This document shows positions 30,104 to 40,462 of a stretch of 64,000 bases of DNA, piece by piece (positions within the stretch are counted from its first letter, which is position 1; each line of letters begins with the position of its first letter). Location: assembly GCA_036677365.1 (NCBI GenBank), contig JAVBWN010000006.1:1-64000 (forward strand), in the 5' to 3' direction. The notes beneath the pieces were generated by a model. It ran no database searches, was not told where the DNA came from, and saw nothing but the letters and a program-made list of their open reading frames with translations. The position numbers and the translations under genes are program-made. This DNA comes from Acholeplasma sp. (lineage in GTDB: Bacteria > Bacillota_I > Bacilli_A > Acholeplasmatales > UBA5453).

Positions 30104-30999
30104 TATTCTTCTTCATCTCTAACAATTTCGATGACAATTGGTATATCCATTTCAAGTGAAAAGCGGCTTAAGGCTGATGTGAAATCCTCATAATCTTCAC
30201 GATTGAGCGGTTTATTATTAGGATAACTGTATTCTAGACTATCATCATAAACCTCTAGTAAATAATGATCGTTTTCATAAAAAACATACTCTGCCAACAA
30301 TTGATTGCCAATTTTGTAGAAAACAATGGCAGATTCATGATTTGTGTCGTCTTTTAAATAGTAGAACCGAATGGTGCGTTCAGGTATTGTCTTAAAGATA
30401 CCCTTGTATTGAGAATGACCTTTTAGGAACGTGACATCTATGGTATCAATACCAGGCACTGGTTCGACATATACTGGTGCGGGTATTTCACCATGTTCAT
30501 CCTCATATTGTTTAATCAAGTCAGCCATGCTAGGCATTGGTTTTTTGTATAAATATGCGAACCAAACAATGATCATCAACAAAGCTATGATACCCGTAAC
30601 AAGTGAACCTAAATATAGATTGTTCTGCTGATCTTCGATATAATCGTCTAAAGTCAGTATCGCAACATCGTTATGATAAATATACACAGCTTCCATGTCA
30701 TAGTCATCGTAAAACACTTGGATATAACCAACGCGAAGGGTGTCGTTTGGATTTAATGAATTAATAACGGATCCCTTCGGATGAACAAATGAAGGTATAT
30801 ACAGTGGTTTGTCAAATTCGTTAATATAAATAAGTTTATCATCATCGTCTGTGTCATATCGATCAAATGTGAACACAGCTTCTTGAACATCCGTAACCTC
30901 AAATGTATGAGCAATGTCATACAAAGCAAGTGAACCAACAGCCGCGATGACAGCGACAAAACCAATAGCAATTAATCCAATGATTTTTTTAATAGGCAT
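30103..30999 (-). CDS. Hypothetical two-TM membrane protein
   Basis: Long ORF with two hydrophobic segments. Likely start MPIKK after GAGGT. Confidence 0.7.
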   Translation of the reverse strand: MPIKKIIGLIAIGFVAVIAAVGSLALYDIAHTFEVTDVQEAVFTFDRYDTDDDDKLIYINEFDKPLYIPSFVHPKGSVINSLNPNDTLRVGYIQVFYDDYDMEAVYIYHNDVAILTLDDYIEDQQNNLYLGSLVTGIIALLMIIVWFAYLYKKPMPSMADLIKQYEDEHGEIPAPVYVEPVPGIDTIDVTFLKGHSQYKGIFKTIPERTIRFYYLKDDTNHESAIVFYKIGNQLLAEYVFYENDHYLLEVYDDSLEYSYPNNKPLNREDYEDFTSALSRFSLEMDIPIVIEIVRDEEE

Positions 31000-31271
31000 A
31001 GGGAAAAACCTCATTTCATCTATATTATACAATTTTACAATTGAAAATATAATTATAAATTAACATAATGTTTTCCGATTTCATTTGAAGTCTTGGATTT
31101 ACTGGAATGAATGAAAATAATCAGATCCAAATCTTACCCAATCCTGTCTTTCCTATAAGGTGTTTTTCGGTGTCATTTGTATTTCAAAGTATCCTCTAAA
31201 AAACTGCGATTTTCCCTACTATTATCATTGATTAAAAAGGTTAAATATTATATGATTAATATACTGGAGAG

Positions 31272-32753
31272 ATGCATGTGTTAAAAAAGATCATAGTAAT
31301 TTCAAATACCCCCTCAAGCGACATCAAATGGCTTGAATATATCAACGAAGAAAATATCCTCAACGGCTTAAATGCAATCGAGGTTAATCAAATAAAAGAT
31401 GCGAAAAACGTAGGTAAGTTACTCTATAAACATCAATTATTTGATATTTTTGTGTTTTCTAAATCCAAACAAGCGTTAAGAACACTCTATAAGAGTTACC
31501 CATATGCCAGACTGGTTTACATGCCAGATACCTTCAATAGTCTCGTCGATTTATCGAAGGATGCTTTTACCAACAATGCCCATACCGTATGCTTAAAAGC
31601 AGCGGCTTTATCACAGTCTATGGTTCGCCATCTAAAGAGCTATGGGTTGGTGGTTTTTGCTTATGTTGAAAAACAAACCGATATCTATCAAGCAGTCTTG
31701 GCTGGTGTCGACGGCTTGTATGGTAAAAATATCGATAAGAAACAAATCGATGTGAAAGGCGATTTCTCATTCACACCCTTTGTCATTGCCCACCGTGGCT
31801 ATCACGCCAATGCCCAAGAAAATAGTTTAAAAGCAGCAGCTGAAGCGGTGAGAATGCGTGCTGACTTTGTTGAACTCGACTATCATATGACCAAAGACAA
31901 GCACATCGTCGTTAACCATGACGATTCTTTGGGTCGTACCTATGAAAAAGACTATGTCATTCGTAAAGATACACTCAGGTCTTTACAATCGATTAAAATG
32001 ACTTATAAGGGTGAAAAGACAGATGAAGTCTTACCAACGTTATCGATGTTTCATAAGCATTTAAAAGATACCAATACATCGTTATTGATTGAAGCTAAAA
32101 CATCTGCAGGTGGTGCAGTCAAACGACTCAATCGAGTATTGAGTCAAATGGACAAACCACCCCTACTCATGAGTTTTTACCCCTTCGCTTTAGTCAACTT
32201 CAAGAAGTATGCGAAAGGTTATTCTAGAGGGTTCTTAATTGACCTTGAACAAAACCACATGAGTGTATCAGACATCATCAAAATTTCCAATAAATACAAC
32301 CTCACCATCCACCCATATTTTAGTCATACCAAATCCAATTTAATTGAAATCCTTAAAAAACGTTCAATCATGTATTGTCCTTGGGGATTAAAAACGGACA
32401 TCGATTTGAGAAAAGCATTCTTATCTGGATATTATGGCATCAATACCGATGAATCTCATCGTTTCAAAGACTTCATCAAGTATTTGGTGGTTAAGACCAG
32501 ACATACTTATTACATTGGCGATACACTCACCCTTCAAACAACCACGGATGTAGGGTCTGAAATCGAAGGAAACATTGAGGTATTGTTCCAAAACCCACTC
32601 GGTTTGGTGTTTGAAAATAATCGAATTACGCACGCTACCTTAGATGGTATGGCTTATTTATATGTGACTTACATGGTTAAAACCGACTTGGTCAACTATA
32701 CCTTGATGTCTGATCTCATTCAAATTGAAGTTAAGCGTAGTTCTCATGAATAA
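31272..32753 (+). CDS. Glycerophosphodiester phosphodiesterase family protein
   Basis: VIAHRG, ENS, VELD, VNHD, IEAK, GINTD. Confidence 0.85.
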   Translation: MHVLKKIIVISNTPSSDIKWLEYINEENILNGLNAIEVNQIKDAKNVGKLLYKHQLFDIFVFSKSKQALRTLYKSYPYARLVYMPDTFNSLVDLSKDAFTNNAHTVCLKAAALSQSMVRHLKSYGLVVFAYVEKQTDIYQAVLAGVDGLYGKNIDKKQIDVKGDFSFTPFVIAHRGYHANAQENSLKAAAEAVRMRADFVELDYHMTKDKHIVVNHDDSLGRTYEKDYVIRKDTLRSLQSIKMTYKGEKTDEVLPTLSMFHKHLKDTNTSLLIEAKTSAGGAVKRLNRVLSQMDKPPLLMSFYPFALVNFKKYAKGYSRGFLIDLEQNHMSVSDIIKISNKYNLTIHPYFSHTKSNLIEILKKRSIMYCPWGLKTDIDLRKAFLSGYYGINTDESHRFKDFIKYLVVKTRHTYYIGDTLTLQTTTDVGSEIEGNIEVLFQNPLGLVFENNRITHATLDGMAYLYVTYMVKTDLVNYTLMSDLIQIEVKRSSHE

Positions 32754-33705
32754 CGTCTATTTACATAACCTATACGCCTCGAAAACAGAAGCGGGATATT
32801 CGCTACATAAATTCCCTACCTCACTGATTGAACACCTTTCTGTGAAGGGTCAACCCAATGCGTATACATTGTTTGGTTCAGAGATTAGATTTACCATTGT
32901 AAGCAAAGTAACGGTGGAAGTCTACACACCAAATACTTCACAAATCCTCATTTATTATGGGGATTATCAAGGGGAGTTTCATACATTCAGTGGGTCATAT
33001 ACCTTTCAAATCGAACCTAAATTTGATGAAGAAGGTTTGAAACGGTTATCCCAATATCATCGATTTGAACCCAATTTGGTTCGCATCATTCTCAAAGAAA
33101 ATATGACAGTGAAATCCATTGAAGGTGAATATGTATTCCCGGATATTTCCAAGTTCCCAAAACAGAAGTATTTGGCTTATGGTACATCCATTACACAAGG
33201 CAGAAATGGGTTCACTCCAGATTTAAATTACCCAGGGATCGTGTCTGAAGCATTGGGGTATGAATGTTATAATTACGGCATGAGTGGTTCAGCGTATATT
33301 GAACAAGCACTGGTGGATTTCATGTGTGAAAACACGTATGACCTCATCACATTAGAGCTCTCAGTGAATTTGTTGGGGGATGGCTATGATGTTTCAATCT
33401 TCAAAGACAGACTTAGTTATTTACTTCAAAAAATAGCACAAACACAACCACACGCAACCGTGATTGGAATCACGATTTTAGACAATTGGCGAAAGCTAGG
33501 GTTTGATCAAAACAGAGGCACACAAAAGGATGTCATCTTATATCGAAATGCTTTCAAATCAATCATGAAAGATTATCCTCAGTTCATTCTATTAGAGGGT
33601 GAATCGATGTTAGAATTCCATCATCTATCCGCCGACTTAATTCACCCTTCTCAATATGGCATGATTGAACTAGCAAATCAGATACTCAAACACACAAAGA
33701 TGTAA
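32746..33705 (+). CDS. SGNH/GDSL hydrolase
   Basis: YGTSITQG, NYGMSG, DLIHP. ATG 32746 overlaps the upstream stop. Confidence 0.85.
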   Translation: MNNVYLHNLYASKTEAGYSLHKFPTSLIEHLSVKGQPNAYTLFGSEIRFTIVSKVTVEVYTPNTSQILIYYGDYQGEFHTFSGSYTFQIEPKFDEEGLKRLSQYHRFEPNLVRIILKENMTVKSIEGEYVFPDISKFPKQKYLAYGTSITQGRNGFTPDLNYPGIVSEALGYECYNYGMSGSAYIEQALVDFMCENTYDLITLELSVNLLGDGYDVSIFKDRLSYLLQKIAQTQPHATVIGITILDNWRKLGFDQNRGTQKDVILYRNAFKSIMKDYPQFILLEGESMLEFHHLSADLIHPSQYGMIELANQILKHTKM

Positions 33706-33780
33706 GTAAATTTACATCTTTTTTTGCTAAAAAAGGGAAATACATACCCAATTGTGGTATAAATAATATGGTGATAATAT

Positions 33781-35052
33781 ATGAGTTTAAACACATTATA
33801 CGATGAAGCATTGTCCTATTTAGGACTCAATGTAAAAGAAAAAGACCCAACAAAAGCGATTAAAATCTTAGAAACACTTGCGTTGAATGGATACGCTGAC
33901 GCGTTTTACCACTTAGGTAGAAGCTTCGCGATTGGCGAAGGTAATACCATGGATGTGGTGAAAGCCAAAGAACTCTATGAAACTGGTATGTCCTTAGGCA
34001 GCCTTAAGTGTTTCTATGGGTTTGCGTTACTCCATACCACAGGTTATGGTGTATTAAAGGATGAAAGACTGGCTAAAGATTATTTTGAAGCAGGTTATCA
34101 AGGTATCCTAGAAGAAGCAAATCAAGGTGATCCAATCTCTAATTACATGATGGGTTGTTACTACTATTATGGTTTTTATGTGAAAAAATATGTGGCTACA
34201 GCGATTGAATATTTAGACAAATCCGCTCAAGCAGGCTATGCAGAAGCGCAGTTCTTATTAGGGTCAATCTACGAAGCATTACATAAAGATGTCAAAAAAG
34301 ACAAAGAAATCTTTGAATACTATTCACAAGCAGCGATGCAAGGCCATGCGTATGCACAATATGCATTGGCGTTGTTGTATCTCGATTCGGATGTTGTATC
34401 TAAAGATTATAATGAAGCGAAGAAGTGGTTGGAGTTGTCTGCTAAGCAACACCACTATTTGGCATTAGGTACCTTAGGTATGCTTTATTATGAAGGTGAA
34501 TTGGGTCAAAAGGATTACGATAAAGCTTTTCCTTACCTAAAAGAATCCGCAGATTTAGGCTACGCGCTTGCGCAGTACTACATCGGTTTAATGTATAAGA
34601 ATGGTCAAGGGGTTGAAAAAGACATCGATGAAGCGGTGACTTACTTAACCTTAGCGGCCAATCAAAACGACATGAATGCTCAGTACAACTTAGGCATACT
34701 CTATTTCAAATATAAAGGTAAACCGCATTTTGATAAATCTTTCCATTGGCTAACCAAAGCCGCGGAACAAAAACACCCCTATGCCCAGTACAATTTAGGT
34801 GTTATGTATCAAAATGGGGATTATGTTAAACAAGATTATGAAAAGGCATCCGTTTTTTACCGCCAAGCTGCAGAAAAAGATGTGGTGGGGGCGATGCACA
34901 ATCTAGGCATGTTGTATATGAAGGGTTTGGGTGTCGTAAAGAGTGAAGATACCGCTGTTCATTATTGGAAGAAAGCAGCCAACCTAGGGCATGAACCATC
35001 CAAGATGTATTTAGAATCCGTAGAAGCATTCAATCAGAGGCAAAAAAAATGA
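33781..35052 (+). CDS. Sel1-like repeat protein
   Basis: Many AQYNLG.MY..G.GV..D...A...Y..AA repeats. Confidence 0.92.
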   Translation: MSLNTLYDEALSYLGLNVKEKDPTKAIKILETLALNGYADAFYHLGRSFAIGEGNTMDVVKAKELYETGMSLGSLKCFYGFALLHTTGYGVLKDERLAKDYFEAGYQGILEEANQGDPISNYMMGCYYYYGFYVKKYVATAIEYLDKSAQAGYAEAQFLLGSIYEALHKDVKKDKEIFEYYSQAAMQGHAYAQYALALLYLDSDVVSKDYNEAKKWLELSAKQHHYLALGTLGMLYYEGELGQKDYDKAFPYLKESADLGYALAQYYIGLMYKNGQGVEKDIDEAVTYLTLAANQNDMNAQYNLGILYFKYKGKPHFDKSFHWLTKAAEQKHPYAQYNLGVMYQNGDYVKQDYEKASVFYRQAAEKDVVGAMHNLGMLYMKGLGVVKSEDTAVHYWKKAANLGHEPSKMYLESVEAFNQRQKK

Positions 35053-35798
35053 ACGTTATTGTAAAACCATTCCACTTACCGTTATTAAACCGTGAAGCAA
35101 AACTATATGTGATGTTACCTGAGAAGATGGAAATGGATGCATCTTATCCAGTTTTATTTTTTCATGATGGTCAAAATGTATTTTTTGATAGAGACGCATC
35201 GTTTGGCGTCTCTTGGGGCGTCAAAGAAATCTTTGAACAAAACGACATGCCTAAAATGGTTGTTGTTGGATTGTCTTGTGCCAATGGGTTGAATCGTTTA
35301 GATGAGTATAATCCATTCATCGCTTCTAAAGCCGTTTCCTTTGGGGAAACCCCTCGTTTAACCGGGGGGAAAGGTGACGCGTATCTCCATGACATCATCG
35401 ATACGGTTTTACCCTATTTGAAAGAACACTACCCTGTGGATTTAAACAACATTACGATTGCTGGGTCATCGATGGGTGGACACATTTCTTTATACGCAAC
35501 CTTAACCTATCCTAAAGTATTTAAGAACGCGTTGTGTTTATCGAATGCGTTTTGGATTTCAGAAGACGCCATGGTAAACTATGTCCTTAACCTAAGGAAA
35601 AAACATAAAGGCTTGATTTATATGGATACTGGTGACAATGAATCCGATGATTTTGATTACCTCAAAGCCAATGATCGTGTCTATAAAGCACTAAATCAAA
35701 AAGGCATTAAAGCCACTTATAAAATCATTCCCGGTGGCATTCACCATGAATCTGACTGGAATAAACGTATCAAAGACATCATTTTGATGATAAAATAG
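35049..35798 (+). CDS. Alpha/beta hydrolase (putative esterase family)
   Basis: YPVLFFHDGQN, GSSMGG, HHESDW. Confidence 0.88.
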   Translation: MNVIVKPFHLPLLNREAKLYVMLPEKMEMDASYPVLFFHDGQNVFFDRDASFGVSWGVKEIFEQNDMPKMVVVGLSCANGLNRLDEYNPFIASKAVSFGETPRLTGGKGDAYLHDIIDTVLPYLKEHYPVDLNNITIAGSSMGGHISLYATLTYPKVFKNALCLSNAFWISEDAMVNYVLNLRKKHKGLIYMDTGDNESDDFDYLKANDRVYKALNQKGIKATYKIIPGGIHHESDWNKRIKDIILMIK

Positions 35799-35851
35799 AA
35801 AAAATCACCCACATACCGTCATTTGATGATATGTGGGTGTTTTTATACATT
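35799..35851. repeat. Copy 1 of a 53-bp direct repeat containing a terminator hairpin
   Basis: CACCCACATA...TATGTGGGTG hairpin; matches 40319-40371 with 6 mismatches by my count. Confidence 0.9.
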
Positions 35852-35906
35852 TTTGTTGTAAATGAGAAAATTCCGTACTTATTGTGTCCGATTATTAGAA
35901 CAAGAA

Positions 35907-36431
35907 TTATGAGATTTTAATAAGAACAACAAACTTACCCATCTCATTTTTTATTGAGTTATTGAATTCATTGATGTAGTATACTTGATTTAAACCTAAA
36001 AATGGAATAATTGATTGAATGTTCTTTAAATCAATTTGAAACGATATACAAGAAGAAAAAAATATTTGTTTATTCTTTTGTGCTATGAAGTCTTCGTATT
36101 TTTCCATCGACATATACAAATAACCTTTATCAATAAGAGCGAACACTTCGCTATCCAATCTGATTTGCTTAATGATTTTACCTCTATAGACTTTAATCAA
36201 TTCGTTATCAACGATGATAACTTTTGAGAAAACATGTTTTTTAATCATGAAAAAAATACTATTAAGAAATATCAGGAAGAAAACTCCAATGCAAATTCCA
36301 ATTAAACCCTCAATAAAAGTATCACTTTTAGAAGTTAAATCTATACTGAGAAATAGTAACATTAACATTGAAAGGTTCGAGATGATTATACTAATCACAA
36401 ACTTTTCAACTCTATTTTTACTGACCAACAT
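35907..36431 (-). CDS. Hypothetical two-TM membrane protein (immunity-like candidate)
   Basis: AT-rich ORF, RBS GGGAGGT, two N-terminal TM segments. Confidence 0.7.
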   Translation of the reverse strand: MLVSKNRVEKFVISIIISNLSMLMLLFLSIDLTSKSDTFIEGLIGICIGVFFLIFLNSIFFMIKKHVFSKVIIVDNELIKVYRGKIIKQIRLDSEVFALIDKGYLYMSMEKYEDFIAQKNKQIFFSSCISFQIDLKNIQSIIPFLGLNQVYYINEFNNSIKNEMGKFVVLIKIS

Positions 36432-36828
36432 GATATATGATTACCTCCCGACTTCTCATAAATACCTATACTGATTAACGTAATCAAAGAACATGGATGC
36501 TTGAACTCCTAAATAATTATGATAAAGATTAGATGTTTCATCTATTTACCCCTTATTTGATCAAAGTATTTGTTGGATTAATTGAAATTTATAACGATTA
36601 TTGATGTTTAGAGTTGGTCATTGGCGACATATTAACTGTGGATTAACCATGAAAATTCAACCCAACTAAAATGGTTTTTAAAATATCTCTAATTTTATTA
36701 TAACATGACAATTATATTCATATAAATGATATTTATACTAAATTAATTTTGTGCTATACTGATAATTGAAATGTATTTTATGACAAAAAAATGATGACTT
36801 TTATGAATAAACAAAGAGAAGCAAATCA

Positions 36829-37563
36829 ATGAATGTAAAAATAAAGGGGTGTTGTCTCGTGAATCTCAACACGAATAAACCAAACAATGGAAGATTATAT
36901 GTGGAGTTATTCCTCATCATTAGCAACATCCTAATGATACTCGGATTGTTCGAAGTGAAAATGGACATCATTTTATGGTTATGCCTTATATTTTGGATTT
37001 TACAAATTGTGTTGATTGGTTTAAACTATGTATCTAAAAGCATTTATAACAATCGAATCGTGATGCTAATTACCCATAGCATGCGTTATGACCCAGTGAT
37101 GCCTAAACCAAAGTCAATCGATACTATAATAAAACACAAAACACGTTTTAGTACACTCAGAAATTATGTTATCGATTCAGAGACCAATAGTAAACTCTCA
37201 TCATTAACCTACCCATTAAGACAAAGTTTTAGATTTTTCACCCTAAGAATCGCATTTGTTTCATTTTTTTTGGTGGTTGGAATTGTCTTAATATTATTTT
37301 CTAGTAATCCTTTAGCAAGTATATACTTGAATGAATTTTGGATTCTACCTGCAGTATTTATTGGTAGATATGGTGTGATTACTGTGTTCATTTTGATTTT
37401 AAGTTACTTTGATATAAACGAAGCCATTCAAGAAGATGATCGGGTTTATTTGGTCTTGACTTCTGTTGTTCTCAATAAAAAAAATAAACCAGAAGAACTT
37501 ATTACCGGGCTATATGAACATATGCACAATATATATAAAGTCGTTCGATTTGATTTTGAATAA
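36829..37563 (+). CDS. Hypothetical four-TM membrane protein
   Basis: AT-rich ORF; the real start may be GTG 36859 after AAAGGGGTG. Confidence 0.65.
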   Translation: MNVKIKGCCLVNLNTNKPNNGRLYVELFLIISNILMILGLFEVKMDIILWLCLIFWILQIVLIGLNYVSKSIYNNRIVMLITHSMRYDPVMPKPKSIDTIIKHKTRFSTLRNYVIDSETNSKLSSLTYPLRQSFRFFTLRIAFVSFFLVVGIVLILFSSNPLASIYLNEFWILPAVFIGRYGVITVFILILSYFDINEAIQEDDRVYLVLTSVVLNKKNKPEELITGLYEHMHNIYKVVRFDFE

Positions 37564-37611
37564 ATTCATTCAATATGAATGTCAACTGCACAAGTAGTGG
37601 AGGTATAATTC

Positions 37612-38049
37612 ATGAAAAAGACTTTCTACACCGATAAATACGGGTTACAAATGATTATTCTTAACATCATTCTTACGATTTATATTGCGGGCAATACGTA
37701 TTATTTTTATGCTCAAGGCGATACTGATAGAACATTACTGATGGGTATTTCACTGGTATTATTACTAATCCCATTGGTTATTATCCTCGTTTTTTATCCT
37801 TTAAGTATATCAAGGGTTGACATTGATCAATCAAAACTAATTGTAAAAAGGTATGGCAAATCGGTATTAAATATGGAATGGTCAGAAGTATTAACCATTA
37901 CAGATATTAAAAAAGGGAATGCGAAATATTTGGTATTCAAAGGACAAAATGATCAAGCCATTAGAATAACCTACAGTTTAAAGCTAATAAACCACATAAT
38001 GTCGGTATGTAAAAACCCACATGTGCTGAATCAAATCGAAAAATTGTGA
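37612..38049 (+). CDS. Hypothetical two-TM membrane protein with soluble C-terminus
   Basis: RBS GGAGGT; two TM segments. Confidence 0.7.
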   Translation: MKKTFYTDKYGLQMIILNIILTIYIAGNTYYFYAQGDTDRTLLMGISLVLLLIPLVIILVFYPLSISRVDIDQSKLIVKRYGKSVLNMEWSEVLTITDIKKGNAKYLVFKGQNDQAIRITYSLKLINHIMSVCKNPHVLNQIEKL

Positions 38050-38184
38050 TTGAACAATTAGCTAACTATAGAAAATCATCACCACTGTCTTTGATTTCAT
38101 GGCAACAACATAGTATTAGTCATAGAATAAACAAGCATAGGTGGGAATGGTAAATATGTTAGCATTTAAAATTAGGAGTACTAC

Positions 38185-38724
38185 ATGAAGAAAGCGTACT
38201 ATTTTCACGGAAATATAATAAAATTCCTTTTTAAAAAACACTATTGTCCATGGTGTGATAATTTATTGTCAAAAAAATTGAATCACAAAATAGTAAACTC
38301 AAATTCAGAAGAAGCGAAAAAATATAAAAGTTTATATAGCAGTACTGATGGTGGGAGTATAATTGGAAATTTTGATTCAGATATTAGACATCACTTGTTT
38401 TATTGTGGTTCATGTGATAAAGAAATTGAACACAAAACACTTTTTAGTTATGAGAAAGTTATGGCAAAAATATCACAAATCATTGAACTTGCCAGAAGTA
38501 AAAATAAAGATTTGCACATATTATATTATGATGAATACGAAAAAACTGTTAATCTTGAGGATAAAATATTTTTTAACAAAGCTGTTATTTCATTTAAAAT
38601 GAATGGGAGTTATGTCGAAAAAGTATGTTTTATTGCTTTGAAGAATCAAAACTATGAACAAGCAGTTTATTATAAATCAACAGACCATCTAAAGGATATT
38701 ATAAAAATACTTAGACAAGAATAA
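38185..38724 (+). CDS. Hypothetical protein with two CxxC motifs (Zn-ribbon-like)
   Basis: CPWC and CGSC; RBS AGGAG. Confidence 0.65.
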   Translation: MKKAYYFHGNIIKFLFKKHYCPWCDNLLSKKLNHKIVNSNSEEAKKYKSLYSSTDGGSIIGNFDSDIRHHLFYCGSCDKEIEHKTLFSYEKVMAKISQIIELARSKNKDLHILYYDEYEKTVNLEDKIFFNKAVISFKMNGSYVEKVCFIALKNQNYEQAVYYKSTDHLKDIIKILRQE

Positions 38725-39623
38725 TTGATATCAGCGGTAATGTATTGGTTACTTATAGTTATGACGCATTTGGTAATACCCTTAATACATCAGACACATC
38801 AGGAATATCATTATCGATCATCAACCCATATCGATATCGCGGATATCGATATGACTTAGAGACTGGATTCTATTATTTGCAATCAAGGTATTATAATCCA
38901 CAGATAGGTAGATTCATTAGTCTCGATAGCATCAACTATTTGAATCCAATGAGTAATAGTGGTGAGAACTTATATACGTATACTGCGAATAATCCAGTGA
39001 ATCTTATTGACCCGGATGTGAATTTTGCAATTTCATTGCTGATTACTGGATTTATTGTGGGAGCATTAGTTGGTTCTACGGCAAGTATTATTAGCCAAGG
39101 TTTGACCAAAGGTTGGGACAATGTTAATTTTTGGCAAGTATTGCTAGATGGTGCCATTGGAGGAATCAGTGGACTCTTGGCATTTTCCGGCATTGGAGCA
39201 TTAGGTTCTGCAGTTATTAGCGGTAGCTTAGGTTTTATTGGTAGCGTTGGGGGAGATTTAATTTCTTCAAATGGAAATTGGAATAAAGTTAATTGGACAA
39301 AAGCTATTATTATGACCGCAGTCAATTTTGGGTTAGGATTTGGAGCTGGCGCTTATAATTCAAAAGCAATTGGAAATGATTTGTGGAAATCAGTAAGTAA
39401 GACTAATGTTTGCAATATCTTTCAGAAGGCCGTAGCAAAATACAGTTCTGGACAAATTACACAAAAAGGGCTTCAAGGGATTATGAATCTTTATGGGAAT
39501 ACATTGGCAATGTCAATGACTAACGCAATGCCTATGATTATGGCAAATAGAGTGACTAATTCTTTTGGTAGTATTCTTATTTCTGACGGTGTTGACACCC
39601 TAGCAGCATGGTTTCTAAAATGA
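38721..39623 (+). pseudogene. Orphan Rhs core tip plus C-terminal extension (truncated Rhs toxin module)
   Basis: YSYDAFG, NPYRYRGYRYDLETGFYYLQSRYYNP..GRF, NLYTY..NNPVN.IDPDV, then a Gly/Ala-rich hydrophobic region. No RBS; homology starts at the previous gene's stop. Confidence 0.85.
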
Positions 39624-39636
39624 GGTAGATAAGGAT

Positions 39637-40125
39637 ATGAATATAAATGAACTAATTAGCAATAGTTGGGCCCTCTTTGGGTTTTGGCTATTAGTATGTG
39701 TATTTTACTATATGAGGTGGGTATTAGCTGGAAGTTCATTCACATATGATCCATCAATAGTTTTTTATCACAAGTATCTTTTAGATAAGAAAAGCATTTT
39801 AAATAAATTGTATTTCACAAAAAAAAGCACATATACGAGTCCACGTATCAAGCAAACAAGTTTCATGTTTGCATTGTTTATTGTAATTTTTATACTATTG
39901 TTAATATTTTCGTTGATTAGTACTTTTATTACAAATGAAGACTTTTCTTTATTTGTATGGTATTTTAATTTTGTGCTTGTTTCAATCGGATTTACTTCAT
40001 TTTTAATTAGTATATTTGTTATTGCATATCAAGCAAAAAAATGTATAAAGGAACAACTTACTTTTCAAGGCACTAAGCTTGATGAACTGTTAAAAGAGAT
40101 TAAGGAAAAGCATCCAGATTTCTAA
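39637..40125 (+). CDS. Three-TM membrane protein, putative cognate immunity protein
   Basis: Directly follows the Rhs-CT; RBS GAGGT overlaps the Rhs stop. Confidence 0.6.
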   Translation: MNINELISNSWALFGFWLLVCVFYYMRWVLAGSSFTYDPSIVFYHKYLLDKKSILNKLYFTKKSTYTSPRIKQTSFMFALFIVIFILLLIFSLISTFITNEDFSLFVWYFNFVLVSIGFTSFLISIFVIAYQAKKCIKEQLTFQGTKLDELLKEIKEKHPDF

Positions 40126-40318
40126 TACTGGCAAAATATGCTTCTTTATAAAAGTAAGGAATGAATTAAATCATAACTCGCCGAGAAAATCTGTGAAGAT
40201 ATTTATGAGATGGAAAAAATACCAAAACCAATTTTTATCAAGCGTAGAAAAAATAATAAATTTTAAGTTGGAAATGATAAATTTTCTTGTTAAACCAGTT
40301 TGAAATTATAATTGGATA

Positions 40319-40371
40319 AAAAAAGCACCCACATAACGTTATTTGATGATATGTGGGTGGTTTCATATATT
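40319..40371. repeat. Copy 2 of the 53-bp terminator-containing direct repeat
   Basis: Matches 35799-35851 at an offset of 4520 bp. Confidence 0.9.
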
Positions 40372-40462
40372 AATATAATTGTGCTTAATTAGTCTTAGAA
40401 TAAACTCGTTTTCTCATCGATCTAGACCCTAAATAGCCGATTTGATTAGGGTGTATATGTCT

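Noticed and set aside
31121..31180. Walker-A-like GKTGLGK in a minus-strand intergenic fragment
   Set aside because: Only 19 codons, with no Ser/Thr after the Lys and no supporting context.
35799..40371. Integron attC cassette array
   Set aside because: Only two hairpin copies, no GTTRRRY/RYYYAAC boxes recognised, not one site per gene, and no integrase.
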